Source: Nitrospirota bacterium (GTDB lineage: Bacteria > Nitrospirota > UBA9217). From it: a stretch of 64,000 nucleotides of DNA. Positions 54,342 through 64,000 of the stretch are shown piece after piece. The notes under the pieces were generated by a model. It was given only the letters and a program-made list of their open reading frames with translations, ran no database searches and was not told where the DNA came from. The DNA lies in assembly GCA_963845065.1 (NCBI GenBank), contig CAWJQQ010000007.1, positions 32,001 to 96,000 on the forward strand, read 5' to 3'. The position numbers and the translations under genes are program-made. Position 1 is the first letter of the stretch, and every line of letters begins with the position of its first letter.

Positions 54342-54460
54342 GTGAAACTCCCCCAACGGGAGTTGGGGGCTTCTTTAGTTGTTATATGCAACAATCTTGT
54401 ATGAGCCCTGCGGGCTACTGCTTTATCACTAGACGGGAGTCTGGTGTTTTTTCCGGCTCA
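54342..54460 (-). mobile_element. 119-bp ORF-less IS200/IS605-type element, copy 2
   Basis: Colinear with 13608-13726; hairpins ccccaac-ggga-gttgggg and cactagac-ggga-gtctggtg. Confidence 0.7.
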
Positions 54461-54530
54461 ATAAAAGGAAATTCGAATAGTTGTATTCTTGATTTAATGG
54501 TTTTTGATATTATTGATTGTATTAACCGCG

Positions 54531-55865
54531 CTAACAAGTCTTTTCGAGATTTATCCCGAAGGTGTTCCATTTGCCACAGTTCGTACACCGGCCCGACCAG
54601 TCAGTGGTCCGGAGTTCGCAATTTGAACATACATAGGAAATGATTATCTGTTTTTTGAAACCAAGCGCTTTTTTGAATTCCGATGCGGCCAGTCCCAGAG
54701 AACCGCGGCGAAGATAGATGTTCCCCAGCAGTTTGTGCACGTCGGAAAAATCTTTGTCCCCCCAATCTACAGTGGATAGAATTTCGAAGGCCTCATCGAT
54801 CATTTCGAGACGGTAATAGAGTTTGCCCAGAAAAAACTTCAGCGAACTGTCCTGCGGTTTCCAATGCACAGCTTGCGTGTATATTTCAATGGCTTTTCCA
54901 GGCTCTCCTTGTCTGAGGTACAAATCTTCCAGCCGCAGAAGGAGCAGATTCGAGGAAGTTATTTTGTATGCCTTTTCCCACAATTCAGCCGCATCAATGA
55001 CCTTTCCTTCTTCGAGATATACTTCGCCTAGACCGAGAAATGCAGGGATAAAGTCTTTGTCAAGTTTGATCACGCCACGGAATACTTTCCTTGACCGCTC
55101 CAGATCGCCAGCTTCGAGTAAGGATCGACCCATCTCATACCTAAAGCCGACAAGCCTCCGGTGTTCGACCTCTTGCTCTGACGGCAGGAGGGGGCCTGAC
55201 AGGAGTTTCCGCTGGGTATCGGACAGCTCATCCCATTGATTCAGACGTTGGTACAGGTCGCGCATTTTGATGAGAGCAGTCAGATTGGAAGAATCCTTCG
55301 AGAGAATCTTCGAGTACATGGCAAGAGCATCTTCGAAACGTTTTGCTTCTTCATAATCGGCTGCGAGCGAAAACATCACTTCCTGGTTGTCGGGATCGAG
55401 ACTCAGGGCTTTTTGGTGGAGAAGAATAGCTTCCTGCGGATTCTTTTCACGGAGCTGACTGATTCCCATGCGCAGCAATGTGTTTACATGGTTCGGGTCT
55501 ATAGCAAGCACTTTTTGAAAGAAGGTCAATGCTTCTGCGTTCCGCTTAGCGAGAAGCGAGTTCAGTCCTCTGGTGTAGAGTTCCTGGATTTTTAGTCTTT
55601 TTTTCTGTTCACGTTGAACCCGGAGTCCGCGCATGAACCGTTTTACGTCGCGTAAGAGATAAAGAAAAAATACTATACCACCGCCGATCGCGAGGGTAAG
55701 CAGGATAAAAGTGGATTTTGAAATATCGTAAGACTTCGATGGAAGGAGATTAACGGTGATTATGCCGGGATTAAATTCCCGCAGCAGCATGACTACAATC
55801 ACGAGAGTAATCAACAACACAGTAACGATGAATCTCATCCATATTCCTTTCTTAACAATAGCCAT
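54531..55865 (-). CDS. lapB: LapB-like TPR protein with LapA-like N-terminus
   Basis: Two N-terminal TM segments, TPR array, C-terminal rubredoxin-like CSNC...CTNCGKWN. Confidence 0.75.
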   Translation of the reverse strand: MAIVKKGIWMRFIVTVLLITLVIVVMLLREFNPGIITVNLLPSKSYDISKSTFILLTLAIGGGIVFFLYLLRDVKRFMRGLRVQREQKKRLKIQELYTRGLNSLLAKRNAEALTFFQKVLAIDPNHVNTLLRMGISQLREKNPQEAILLHQKALSLDPDNQEVMFSLAADYEEAKRFEDALAMYSKILSKDSSNLTALIKMRDLYQRLNQWDELSDTQRKLLSGPLLPSEQEVEHRRLVGFRYEMGRSLLEAGDLERSRKVFRGVIKLDKDFIPAFLGLGEVYLEEGKVIDAAELWEKAYKITSSNLLLLRLEDLYLRQGEPGKAIEIYTQAVHWKPQDSSLKFFLGKLYYRLEMIDEAFEILSTVDWGDKDFSDVHKLLGNIYLRRGSLGLAASEFKKALGFKKQIIISYVCSNCELRTTDWSGRCTNCGKWNTFGINLEKTC

Positions 55866-55910
55866 TGAAGCGGTTTTACAGTGTAGACAGCTAAGTCCTA
55901 TCTGTTGATA

Positions 55911-56381
55911 TCAATAGTGGTAGGTCTTCCCCGTGATGATCGTAAATGCACGGTATAACTGCTCGAGCAACACGAGCCTCGCCATTTCATGGGTCATGGT
56001 CCAACGAGAAAGTGCAATATTTTTATTCGCTTTCGCCAAGATACTCTCATCAAGGCCCATGGCGCCGCCAATCACGAAGGCTATTTCCTTGACTCCCGAT
56101 TCCAGCATTCCATTGATAACTGTTGCGAATTCATGAGAGGTGAACTCTTGCCCTCGCTCGTCCATGGCGGCAATAAAAACGTTTTTCGACATAGTTTTAA
56201 AGATTCGCTCCGCTTCTTTCTTCCTAATGAGTGGCGCATCTTTGAGGTCGTGAATCTTCTCTTCTTTAAGTTCTTTGATTTCTAAATCAACATAGGGCTT
56301 CAGGTACCGCATATATTTTCCGATTCCTTCATGGATGAAATGCTCCCGTGTTTTCCCCATGCAGACAATTGTCAACTTCAC
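55911..56381 (-). CDS. rlmH: 23S rRNA pseudouridine1915 methyltransferase
   Basis: FVIGGAMG, HEMARLVLLEQLYRA and C-terminal YH motifs. Confidence 0.96.
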   Translation of the reverse strand: MKLTIVCMGKTREHFIHEGIGKYMRYLKPYVDLEIKELKEEKIHDLKDAPLIRKKEAERIFKTMSKNVFIAAMDERGQEFTSHEFATVINGMLESGVKEIAFVIGGAMGLDESILAKANKNIALSRWTMTHEMARLVLLEQLYRAFTIITGKTYHY

Positions 56382-56755
56382 GTCGGTACGCCTTGTAGTG
56401 CACTCTGAGGTGCACCAAGGGGTATTCGTGGCGCATCTCCCCAGAGTTTTTCGAGACAGTAGTATGCCCTAGTTTGTTGATTGAAAATATGAATCACGAT
56501 ATCGCCGTAGTCCATGAGCAACCAACTGGCCTCTGTCTCACCTTCCATGTGGGAAGGGTGGACACCTGCTTCTGCGAGGGCCTGAGTTATGCCGTCCGCA
56601 ATTGCCACAACCTGCGACGAATTGCTCGCCGAGCAGATGATGAAGTAATCGGTGATGGATGTCAGACTGCGCAGATCGAGGATCAGTATATCAAAAGCCT
56701 TTTTATTGTCCGCTGCTTCTGCTGATAGCTGTGCAGCTTCTAAAGAATTAAGCAT
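56378..56755 (-). CDS. rsfS: Ribosome silencing factor
   Basis: KKAFDI, DYFIICSA, WLLMDYGDIVIH and LEKLW motifs. Confidence 0.96.
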   Translation of the reverse strand: MLNSLEAAQLSAEAADNKKAFDILILDLRSLTSITDYFIICSASNSSQVVAIADGITQALAEAGVHPSHMEGETEASWLLMDYGDIVIHIFNQQTRAYYCLEKLWGDAPRIPLGAPQSALQGVPT

Positions 56756-57422
56756 AGAGTTTGTTATTAATTATATAGGTTTCAACCAGTTCAGGCAAGA
56801 GATATTTGATACTTCTTCCCTCTTTGACTCTTCTACGAATGTCCGTCGATGATATATCATAGAGGGGGATCATCTCCATATATACAGTGAATGTCCCTGC
56901 ATGAATTTCGACATGCATGCGATGTCCACGGTCTAGTTCGATCACCTGAGACTCAGCTGGTCTCAAGAACGCGATCTTCAGGAGATCGGCGAATCGATAG
57001 CCTGGCCGAGACAATACTACAAATGTGCATAAGCTTAATAGCCACTCCCAGCGGTTCCAGGTCTGTATCTCAAGGAAAGAATCTACTCCGGTTATAAAAT
57101 ACAGTTCAGCGTCCGGATACATCTTTTTGAGAAATATAATCGTATCGATTGTAAACGACTTCCCCCCTCGTTTGATCTCGATATCAGAGGGTTCGAACAT
57201 CGAATTCTCCATTGTGGCAATACGAACCATTTCCATGCGGTGTGCAGCAGAAGGGACGTCATCCTCCTGTTTGTGGGGAGGGTGAAAAGAAGGGATAAAT
57301 AGGACCCGGTCCAGTTTCAACCGTTCCCGGACTTCTTCAGCCGCAGCAAGGTGACCATAATGTATCGGATTAAATGTTCCGCCAAGGATCCCGAGTCGCA
57401 GAGTCAAACCATCTCCGATCAA
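56748..57422 (-). CDS. nadD: Nicotinate-nucleotide adenylyltransferase
   Basis: GGTFNPIHYGH, PPHK and ISSTDIR motifs; start uncertain. Confidence 0.96.
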   Translation of the reverse strand: MIGDGLTLRLGILGGTFNPIHYGHLAAAEEVRERLKLDRVLFIPSFHPPHKQEDDVPSAAHRMEMVRIATMENSMFEPSDIEIKRGGKSFTIDTIIFLKKMYPDAELYFITGVDSFLEIQTWNRWEWLLSLCTFVVLSRPGYRFADLLKIAFLRPAESQVIELDRGHRMHVEIHAGTFTVYMEMIPLYDISSTDIRRRVKEGRSIKYLLPELVETYIINNKLYA

Positions 57423-57494
57423 TTACGAATTTCGGCATATGATGAAAGCATAACAATTCGTAAATACGCCAGCTCTCCAATGGTGAGTTCCGCA

Positions 57495-58751
57495 TTATTT
57501 TCTGATCTGCCCATTACCAAACACGATGAACTTAGTAGAAGTCAGCTCTTCCAACCCCATGGGGCCGCGGGCGTGAATACGCGTTGTCGAGATGCCGATC
57601 TCGGCACCGAGGCCGAACTCAAAACCGTCGTTCAACCGCGTGGATGCGTTCACAAAAACTGCAGATGCATCCACCTCGCGCTGAAACCGAAGCGCATTCT
57701 GATAACTATTCGTTACGATCGCCTCGGAGTGCTGGGACCCATGAGCGGCAATATGCGCCATTGCCTCTTCCATGTTCGCGACGGTCTTAACATTTAGAAT
57801 CAGATCATTGTACTCGGTGTCCCAGTCTTTGTCATTTGCAATGGCAATATCTGATACGATTTCCCTGGTTCTGTCACATCCACGGATCTCTACACCTGCC
57901 TTTTTCATCCTTCCTAGGATTGCGGGCAGGAATGCCCTAGCCACGTCCTGGTGGATGAGCATGGTCTCCATTGCATTGCAGGTGCCGGGCCTTTGAACCT
58001 TCGCATTAAAACAGATTTCGTCTGCCATAGGAAGATCTGCCTTGTTGTCCACGTAGACGTGACATATTCCTTTGTCATGCTTTATAACGGGGATGGTCGA
58101 GTTTTCCGAAACCATGTGGATCAAGCCTTCGCCGCCCCGGGGGATGATGAGGTCGATGTACTGGTTGAGTTTCAACATTTCCATGACACAGTCCCGGTCC
58201 GGGTTTTCGATGAACGATACAGCTCCTTCCGGGATACCCGTCTCAGCACCTGCCTTCGAAAGGATTGCGGCAATCGCAGTGTTGGAATGAACAGCTTCAG
58301 AACCGCCGCGCAATAAAACGCCATTACCGGATTTTAGACAGAGTGCCGCGGAATCAACGGTCACGTTTGGCCTTGATTCATAGATGATACCGATAAGCCC
58401 GATAGGAACGCGCATTCGCCCTACTTCCATGCCGTTCGGTCTCCGCCACATCTTGAGAACTTCGCCCACAGGGTCAGGAAGAGAAGCCACTTCCCGCAGT
58501 CCGTTCGACATTGCCATAATGCGGTCATCGTTTAAGGTTAGCCGGTCTATCATGGACGCTGAGAGTCCTTTTTTTTCGGCTTCTGAAAGGTCCTTCCGGT
58601 TCTCAGAAATGAGTTTTGCTGCTTCCTTCTCAATATCTGTTGCCATTTTTATCAGTGATAAATTTTTGATCTCAGTTGAGATGTTGGCTAGCTTCCGCGA
58701 TGCCGCTTTGGCTTTTAAAGCCTTTTCGAAAACGTATTGTTTGATGCTCAC
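57495..58751 (-). CDS. proA: Gamma-glutamyl phosphate reductase
   Basis: IYESRPNVT, CNAMET, NASTR and GAEIGIST motifs. Confidence 0.97.
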   Translation of the reverse strand: MSIKQYVFEKALKAKAASRKLANISTEIKNLSLIKMATDIEKEAAKLISENRKDLSEAEKKGLSASMIDRLTLNDDRIMAMSNGLREVASLPDPVGEVLKMWRRPNGMEVGRMRVPIGLIGIIYESRPNVTVDSAALCLKSGNGVLLRGGSEAVHSNTAIAAILSKAGAETGIPEGAVSFIENPDRDCVMEMLKLNQYIDLIIPRGGEGLIHMVSENSTIPVIKHDKGICHVYVDNKADLPMADEICFNAKVQRPGTCNAMETMLIHQDVARAFLPAILGRMKKAGVEIRGCDRTREIVSDIAIANDKDWDTEYNDLILNVKTVANMEEAMAHIAAHGSQHSEAIVTNSYQNALRFQREVDASAVFVNASTRLNDGFEFGLGAEIGISTTRIHARGPMGLEELTSTKFIVFGNGQIRK

Positions 58752-58780
58752 TGCTACCTCCGGAAAATGAAAAGAAGCGA

Positions 58781-59290
58781 TTAATGTAAAAGAATGTCTG
58801 CACTATTTCTCAATGCTTGTGCGCTGCTGATCTCGCCATAAATAACATGCTTGACTTTCCCGTCGCTCCCGATAAAAAACGTAACCGGTAGGAACCGGAT
58901 CTGATACAGTTCGCTAACTTTACCATCTAGATCGCTCAAAGCAATCAGTTTATCCACTTTTAAACTGGCAAGCAGCGCATTGATTGATTCAAAATTTTCT
59001 TTTACTCCGACAATAACTATCCTTACGCTTTTGCTCTTCAATTCATCGGCAAGTGAGTTGACTATCGGCAATTCGTCTCTGCAGACGACGCACCAGGACG
59101 CGAAAAAACTAATAATGACGCCATTTATCTTTTCCTTACTCTTCGCACTTATGACATCACTCAAATAAAAATCGTTACCTGAGCTGTCACGCAAGGAAAA
59201 GGTTGGAGCAGTGTCATTCGGCTTGAGTGCAGCAAATGCCGAAGATGCCAACAATAAAATTGCAAAAACAGTATTGACTATTATTTTCAT
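58781..59290 (-). CDS. Exported TlpA/ResA-like thioredoxin
   Basis: Signal peptide; APTFSL, FFASWCVVC and LPVTFFI motifs. Confidence 0.9.
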   Translation of the reverse strand: MKIIVNTVFAILLLASSAFAALKPNDTAPTFSLRDSSGNDFYLSDVISAKSKEKINGVIISFFASWCVVCRDELPIVNSLADELKSKSVRIVIVGVKENFESINALLASLKVDKLIALSDLDGKVSELYQIRFLPVTFFIGSDGKVKHVIYGEISSAQALRNSADILLH

Positions 59291-59309
59291 GGCAAAAATA
59301 TAATTCTCC

Positions 59310-60452
59310 TCAGAGAACCACCAAGTCGTCACGGTGGATTACTTCGTCATAATCCTTGTGGCCCAGGACTGTAGATATTTGCGATGTTTTAAGACCTTTA
59401 ATCAGCTCCAACTCTCCAGCAGAGTACTTAACCAGCCCGCGCGCAAAAGCAGTACCGGCACGATCCACACAGGTTACGCAATCGCCGATTTTGAAATTTC
59501 CTTCCACTGCGACAATTCCGCCTGGCAGAAGACTCTTGCCTTTGTGCATAAGCGCCTCCCTCCCTCCATCGTCAATCATGAGGCGACCAGATGAAGTTAC
59601 ATTATAGGCGATCCAGTGTTTCCGACTGTCCTGTTTATCAAGCTTTGGCAGAAATAGCGTGCCAACTTCCTTGCCTTCGAAAAGCGCTGGTAGCACACCA
59701 CTCTTTTTCCCATTCACAATCACCATGGGTGCTCCATAGGCCCCGACTTTCCTTGCGGTCAAGATCTTAGAACGCATTCCTCCTGTACCGACCTGCGAAT
59801 GTGTGTCCCCTGCTCCCCGCTCGATTTCAGAAGTAATTTTCTCGACGATTGTAATCAACTCGGCAGAAGGATCGAACTCCGGATCTGCAGTGAAGAGACC
59901 GTCGACATCGGAAAGAATCACGAGAAGGTCTGCATCCGCTAGGTGCACGACCATGCCGGAAAGATTGTCATTATCTCCGAACCTGATCTCGTCAACCGAG
60001 ACTGTGTCGTTTTCATTGATAATAGGAACAACTCCGTAATCCAGGAGAGTCTGGAGTGTACTTCTCGCGTTAAGGAAGCGTGTCCGGTTTGAAAGGTCTT
60101 CGCGTGTGAGAAGTACTTGGGCGACTTTATGCCCATGTGCACCGAAGGTTTTCTCGTACATCCACATGAGGCTCGATTGACCGACCGATGCCGCCGCCTG
60201 TTTGAGTGAAAGTGGCATGGCTCTTTTTTTCTTCAAGCCCAGCTTTGCCAGGCCTGCGGCTATCGCGCCTGATGATACAAGGATGACCTGGCGTCCCTGG
60301 CTCATTATAGTTGAAATGTCTGCTGTTAGACGCTCGATGCGACCCTGGTCCAGTCCCTGTCCTGAGGACGTGAGGACAGCACTGCCTACCTTTATCACGA
60401 TGCGGCGAGCCTTGGAAAAGATTATTTTTCTGCTTGTTCCAACGTTTATCAT
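59310..60452 (-). CDS. proB: Glutamate 5-kinase with PUA domain
   Basis: IKVGS, SSGAIAAG, INENDTV, GDNDNLS and GTGGM motifs. Confidence 0.97.
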   Translation of the reverse strand: MINVGTSRKIIFSKARRIVIKVGSAVLTSSGQGLDQGRIERLTADISTIMSQGRQVILVSSGAIAAGLAKLGLKKKRAMPLSLKQAAASVGQSSLMWMYEKTFGAHGHKVAQVLLTREDLSNRTRFLNARSTLQTLLDYGVVPIINENDTVSVDEIRFGDNDNLSGMVVHLADADLLVILSDVDGLFTADPEFDPSAELITIVEKITSEIERGAGDTHSQVGTGGMRSKILTARKVGAYGAPMVIVNGKKSGVLPALFEGKEVGTLFLPKLDKQDSRKHWIAYNVTSSGRLMIDDGGREALMHKGKSLLPGGIVAVEGNFKIGDCVTCVDRAGTAFARGLVKYSAGELELIKGLKTSQISTVLGHKDYDEVIHRDDLVVL

Positions 60453-60487
60453 ATTATATTCTATTTCGAAAGACTGATCAGGTAATT

Positions 60488-61567
60488 CTATACCTGATTT
60501 TTCTCAGCAGGAGCTGAAACCTCCAGATCCTTGTTCCCTGCGTTTTGACCATTTTCTCTCAAGTCCCTTTCCTCTACCACTGTGTCCCCAAGGAAGTTAA
60601 GAAGTGGTTGCAAACCTGCACCTGATACTGCTGAGATCGGGAAAAAAGTATATCCATTTTTTTGACAGTATGTAGTTAATTCATCTAACTTCTCATGGTC
60701 TGCTGCATCGATCTTAGTCGCAGCCACTGCCATGGGTTTTTTCAATAATGCATCGCTGTATAATTCAAGCTCTTTATTGATCTTTTGGAAATTTTCTACA
60801 GGGTCGCCGGGCACAATGCCTGACACATCCACCATATGGAGTAGGATTGACGTCCGCTCAATGTGACGCAGGAATTCAAAACCAAGTCCTGCGCCTTTGT
60901 GGGCATTCTCAATAAGACCGGGGATGTCGGCGACCACAAAGCTTCGCCTGCCTTCCGGCTTCACTACTCCGAGTACTGGGGACAACGTGGTAAAAGGATA
61001 ATCTGCGATCTTGGGCTTGGCTGCCGAGATACGCGAGATGAGTGTGGATTTGCCGGCATTCGGAAAGCCGACCAGACCCACGTCCGCAAGTAGTTTCAGC
61101 TCAAGAAACAGCCACTGCTCTTCTCCAGGTTCACCGGGCTGCGCATGACGTGGAGCCTGGTTCGTCGCTGTTTTAAAAAAAGCGTTCCCTTTGCCTCCCC
61201 TGCCTCCTTTTGCTATGATGTATGTCATTCCATCGGTATCAAGATCAATTATGACCGTCCGTGTCTCTGCATCGTACACGATGGTGCCTACAGGAACGCG
61301 AATGATGGTATCTTTTCCATCAGCGCCGGACTGCTCTTTGCCGCGGCCTTGCTCACCTTTTTCGGCATAATAATGCTGCTGGTACTTGAGGTCTATTAGC
61401 GTTCCCAGCTGTCTGTCGGCAACAAGAACAATGTCAGCTCCTTTGCCGCCATCTCCGCCATTAGGCCCGCCACGAGGCACATAGGCTTCACGCCGGAAGC
61501 TCACACAACCGGCCCCTCCGTGACCCGCACGCACCTCGATCTTTACTCGGTCGATAAAGTTTGACAT
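60488..61567 (-). CDS. obgE: GTPase Obg
   Basis: Gly-rich Obg fold; GFPNAGKS, YPFTT and DIPG motifs. Confidence 0.97.
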   Translation of the reverse strand: MSNFIDRVKIEVRAGHGGAGCVSFRREAYVPRGGPNGGDGGKGADIVLVADRQLGTLIDLKYQQHYYAEKGEQGRGKEQSGADGKDTIIRVPVGTIVYDAETRTVIIDLDTDGMTYIIAKGGRGGKGNAFFKTATNQAPRHAQPGEPGEEQWLFLELKLLADVGLVGFPNAGKSTLISRISAAKPKIADYPFTTLSPVLGVVKPEGRRSFVVADIPGLIENAHKGAGLGFEFLRHIERTSILLHMVDVSGIVPGDPVENFQKINKELELYSDALLKKPMAVAATKIDAADHEKLDELTTYCQKNGYTFFPISAVSGAGLQPLLNFLGDTVVEERDLRENGQNAGNKDLEVSAPAEKNQV

Positions 61568-61688
61568 GTACTGTCTCTATCCCTCTTGCTTACCTTCTTT
61601 TAACGATAAAAGGGAGATTTGAACAATTATTTCAATGAATTATACTTTTATACGTATGAAAATGCAAGCCAGATCAACTTTTGAAAAC

Positions 61689-61718
61689 AAAAAAAAGCGG
61701 CATAGACAACTATGCCGC
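61689..61718 (-). terminator. Intrinsic terminator after rpmA
   Basis: gcggcatag-acaa-ctatgccgc stem plus T8 on the minus strand. Confidence 0.85.
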
Positions 61719-61745
61719 CTCGGATACAAATCCTACTTGCTAACG

Positions 61746-62003
61746 TTAAGTTGCTGCGTATACGCTGACCTTCTTACGTGTTTTGTCCTTACGCTCAAAC
61801 TTAACTACGCCGTTGATCTTGGCAAAAAGAGTATCATCGCATCCTTTGCCAACATTCACGCCAGGATGAATTTTGGTCCCACGTTGGCGAATTATTATTG
61901 TTCCTGAGTTCACCAACTGGCCATCATACCGTTTAACGCCGAGGTACTGCGGATTACTGTCCCTTCCATTTCTGGAACTGCCAACCCCTTTTTTATGAGC
62001 CAT
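61746..62003 (-). CDS. rpmA: 50S ribosomal protein L27
   Basis: [16 protein letters not shown] and RQRGT motifs. Confidence 0.98.
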   Translation of the reverse strand: MAHKKGVGSSRNGRDSNPQYLGVKRYDGQLVNSGTIIIRQRGTKIHPGVNVGKGCDDTLFAKINGVVKFERKDKTRKKVSVYAAT

Positions 62004-62096
62004 TACCAATCCTCCAAATCATTTCAGCACGAAGACACCAAGTTGACCAAGAGTATCAAACGCCAACTCTTCGTGTTTTGTGGGACATTTTATTTT

Positions 62097-62408
62097 TTAC
62101 GCTATAATCTCTTTGACTTTTATCGCTGTATAATTTTGACGGTGACCATTCGTGTTGCGGTATCCTTTGCGCCTCCGGTGCTTGAAAATCAGGAGTTTTT
62201 CACCTCTGCCCTGTTCCAAGACTTCTGCCGTTACTTTTGCCGATGAAAGCGACGGCTTTCCAACAGACACCTTGTCGCCATCAGCTATCATGAAAACGTC
62301 CTTTAGTTCAACGGTGTCGCCCTCTTTGGCATCAAGGCTTTCCACCCTGACTATATCACCGGGTGCAACTTTGTACTGTTTTCCTCCGGTATTGATGACT
62401 GCGTACAT
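62097..62408 (-). CDS. rplU: 50S ribosomal protein L21
   Basis: MYAVINTGGKQYKV and GHRQ motifs. Confidence 0.98.
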   Translation of the reverse strand: MYAVINTGGKQYKVAPGDIVRVESLDAKEGDTVELKDVFMIADGDKVSVGKPSLSSAKVTAEVLEQGRGEKLLIFKHRRRKGYRNTNGHRQNYTAIKVKEIIA

Positions 62409-62586
62409 TGAATCCTCCTTCATTAATTCAAACACTAACCCATTAAGAGGCCATAAAATACCATGTAACTTGCGGAGTTGTCAAGGGAAAAAACCGATTG
62501 AGCAAAAAATAATTACTGCAACGACATATGACAGAAGGAACTTTCAGCTGTACACTTATCGAGTAAAAAGACCCCCCTACCATTTT

Positions 62587-63430
62587 ATGGCTTATCACGA
62601 AGTCTTGATACGAATACCTGCATCTTTCCACGATACTCTTATCCAAAGATTAGCAATCGTTGCAACGTGTCTTGGCGTAATCGAAGAGGACGACTCCATT
62701 ATCGTTTTCTTTCCTGAAACAGCTGAGATGAAATCGATTAGGTGCGAACTCTCTATTATGCAATCACTCATCGAAAAATCTGGCCACAAATGTGCTTTGA
62801 CCTTTGATTTTTCAATCATAGCAGACCAAGACTGGAACGAATCCTGGAAAATGGGATTCGTGTCTATCGACGTGGAACTCGTTTCACCATCATTCCGCCC
62901 TGGGAACAGCCGAAGAGCGGCCGTATCAACCTCATCATAGATCCTGCAATGGCGTTCGGTACTGGCCATCACTAGACCACGCTGTCCTGTTTGGTACTTA
63001 TGGGAAAATATGCGTTGACAACAGTATAAACAGTTTCCGCGACCTCGGAACCGATACGGGAATTCTCGCAATTCCGGTACTAAAACTGGGCTTTCATCAA
63101 GTCACCGCAATTGACACAGACCCGATTGCCATTGATGCGGCGAGGAAGAACGCTGAATTGAATCAGGTCGCAAGCATTGATATCAGGGAATGAAGTATCG
63201 CAAGTTTGAGAGACGAATATGATTTTATCACAGCGAACATCATCTCAAGCGTCCTCGAACTTCTTGCTTCGCTGATCGCCAAACACGTTAAGCCCGGAGG
63301 CATTGTCGTCCTTTCCGGCATCCTTGACGGTCAGGATGAAGAAGTGCTTATGGCAATGACACAAGCAGGCTTCAACCTCATGGAACGATATCTTGACGGC
63401 AAGGGGACGTCGCTAGTCGTTACGCACTGA
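62587..63430 (+). pseudogene. prmA: Ribosomal protein L11 methyltransferase pseudogene
   Basis: [48 protein letters not shown] and LSGIL spread over frameshifts and stops. Confidence 0.88.
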
Positions 63431-64000
63431 ACACTGTCTATGGTTAAAACCAGGGGGTTCTGGCGGCAGTACCATTGACCCCTTTGAAACTGTAAGTGCG
63501 GCAGCCAATCTCGATCTCTGTTGATCCGCTTTTAACGATCAAGTAACTCTGTCTCCGATTCGTGTTGCTATCTGGCTTGATATCGAAGCTGGTCTGATGA
63601 AACCGACCCATTTCCGTTTGTTGTTGTGTCCTCGACACCGCCCGTTTCAGGAAAAGGTTTGCACCTGGCCAGGCTTTGGCAGCCCGGTGTGTGGAGATTT
63701 TTTAAAAACATAATTCCCAATGAATGCGGAGTAATGATCGCGTTGCCCCTTCGTCCCGCATCTGCGGTTTAGACAACGCTCCGATAGTGGCTTTTTGGCC
63801 ACTGCTCCGTAGTGGCGTGTTTGATATAGCGGTAGATATTCCAGATACGAAAGTAAAGAATGCAAATGACGAGCAGTCGAGTAAACGCCAATTTATCGAA
63901 CGAAAACTTGAATGATCCGATCACGTCGCAGTTTAGTTCGTATAGGTTCAGCGGGGCGTGGTATCGAAAGCGTATTCCATCAAGACCTTGAATGAAACCA
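63427..64000 (-). mobile_element. tnpB: Decayed TnpB family B remnant with right end, running off the window
   Basis: GIRFR, KKPLSER...QRDHYSAFIG and WPGANLFLKRAVSR fragments; end gaaccccctggttttaaccat...gTTCAG at 63427. Confidence 0.75.

Noticed and set aside
62152..62940. 262-aa plus-strand ORF
   Set aside because: The first part is antisense to rplU; only the part from 62587 is the prmA remnant.
1..64000. CRISPR array or Cas operon linked to the TnpB-like nucleases
   Set aside because: No regularly spaced direct repeats and no cas1/cas2 were seen; the repeats found are dispersed IS ends.

Overview
This is a bacterial chromosomal window from a probable anaerobic diderm. Gene content and regulator boxes resemble Nitrospirota/Desulfobacterota; that assignment is inference only. 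The backbone is mostly housekeeping and mostly on the minus strand: mltD, ridA-relA-recJ-mobA, clpS, fba, thrC-metB, a NikR-controlled nickel ECF transporter with fmdE, fdhD, glgP, a PilB/GspE ATPase, an HD-GYP regulator, fur-feoB-ideR, gpmI, and rplU-rpmA-obgE-proB-tlpA-proA-nadD-rsfS-rlmH-lapB. Two things stand out. (1) A dense IS200/IS605 population. TnpB family A has two copies, a rearranged RuvC-II and a TTTAT target motif recoverable from an interrupted CAP gene. TnpB family B has four copies, all sitting tail-to-tail at the 3' end of a host gene, one with an intact tnpA. There are also two 119-bp ORF-less end-only elements, an orphan left end, an IS630 inserted in a tnpB stop codon and an IS1380 remnant. 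(2) A seven-gene uncharacterised envelope cluster at 44.3-52.3 kb: two LPP20-like paralogues, a TPR-SLH lipoprotein, an exported transglutaminase-like enzyme, a DUF799-like lipoprotein, a CsgG-like lipoprotein and a FecR-domain protein. No rRNA, tRNA or CRISPR array was seen. All family assignments come from motif recognition by eye, with no database search.
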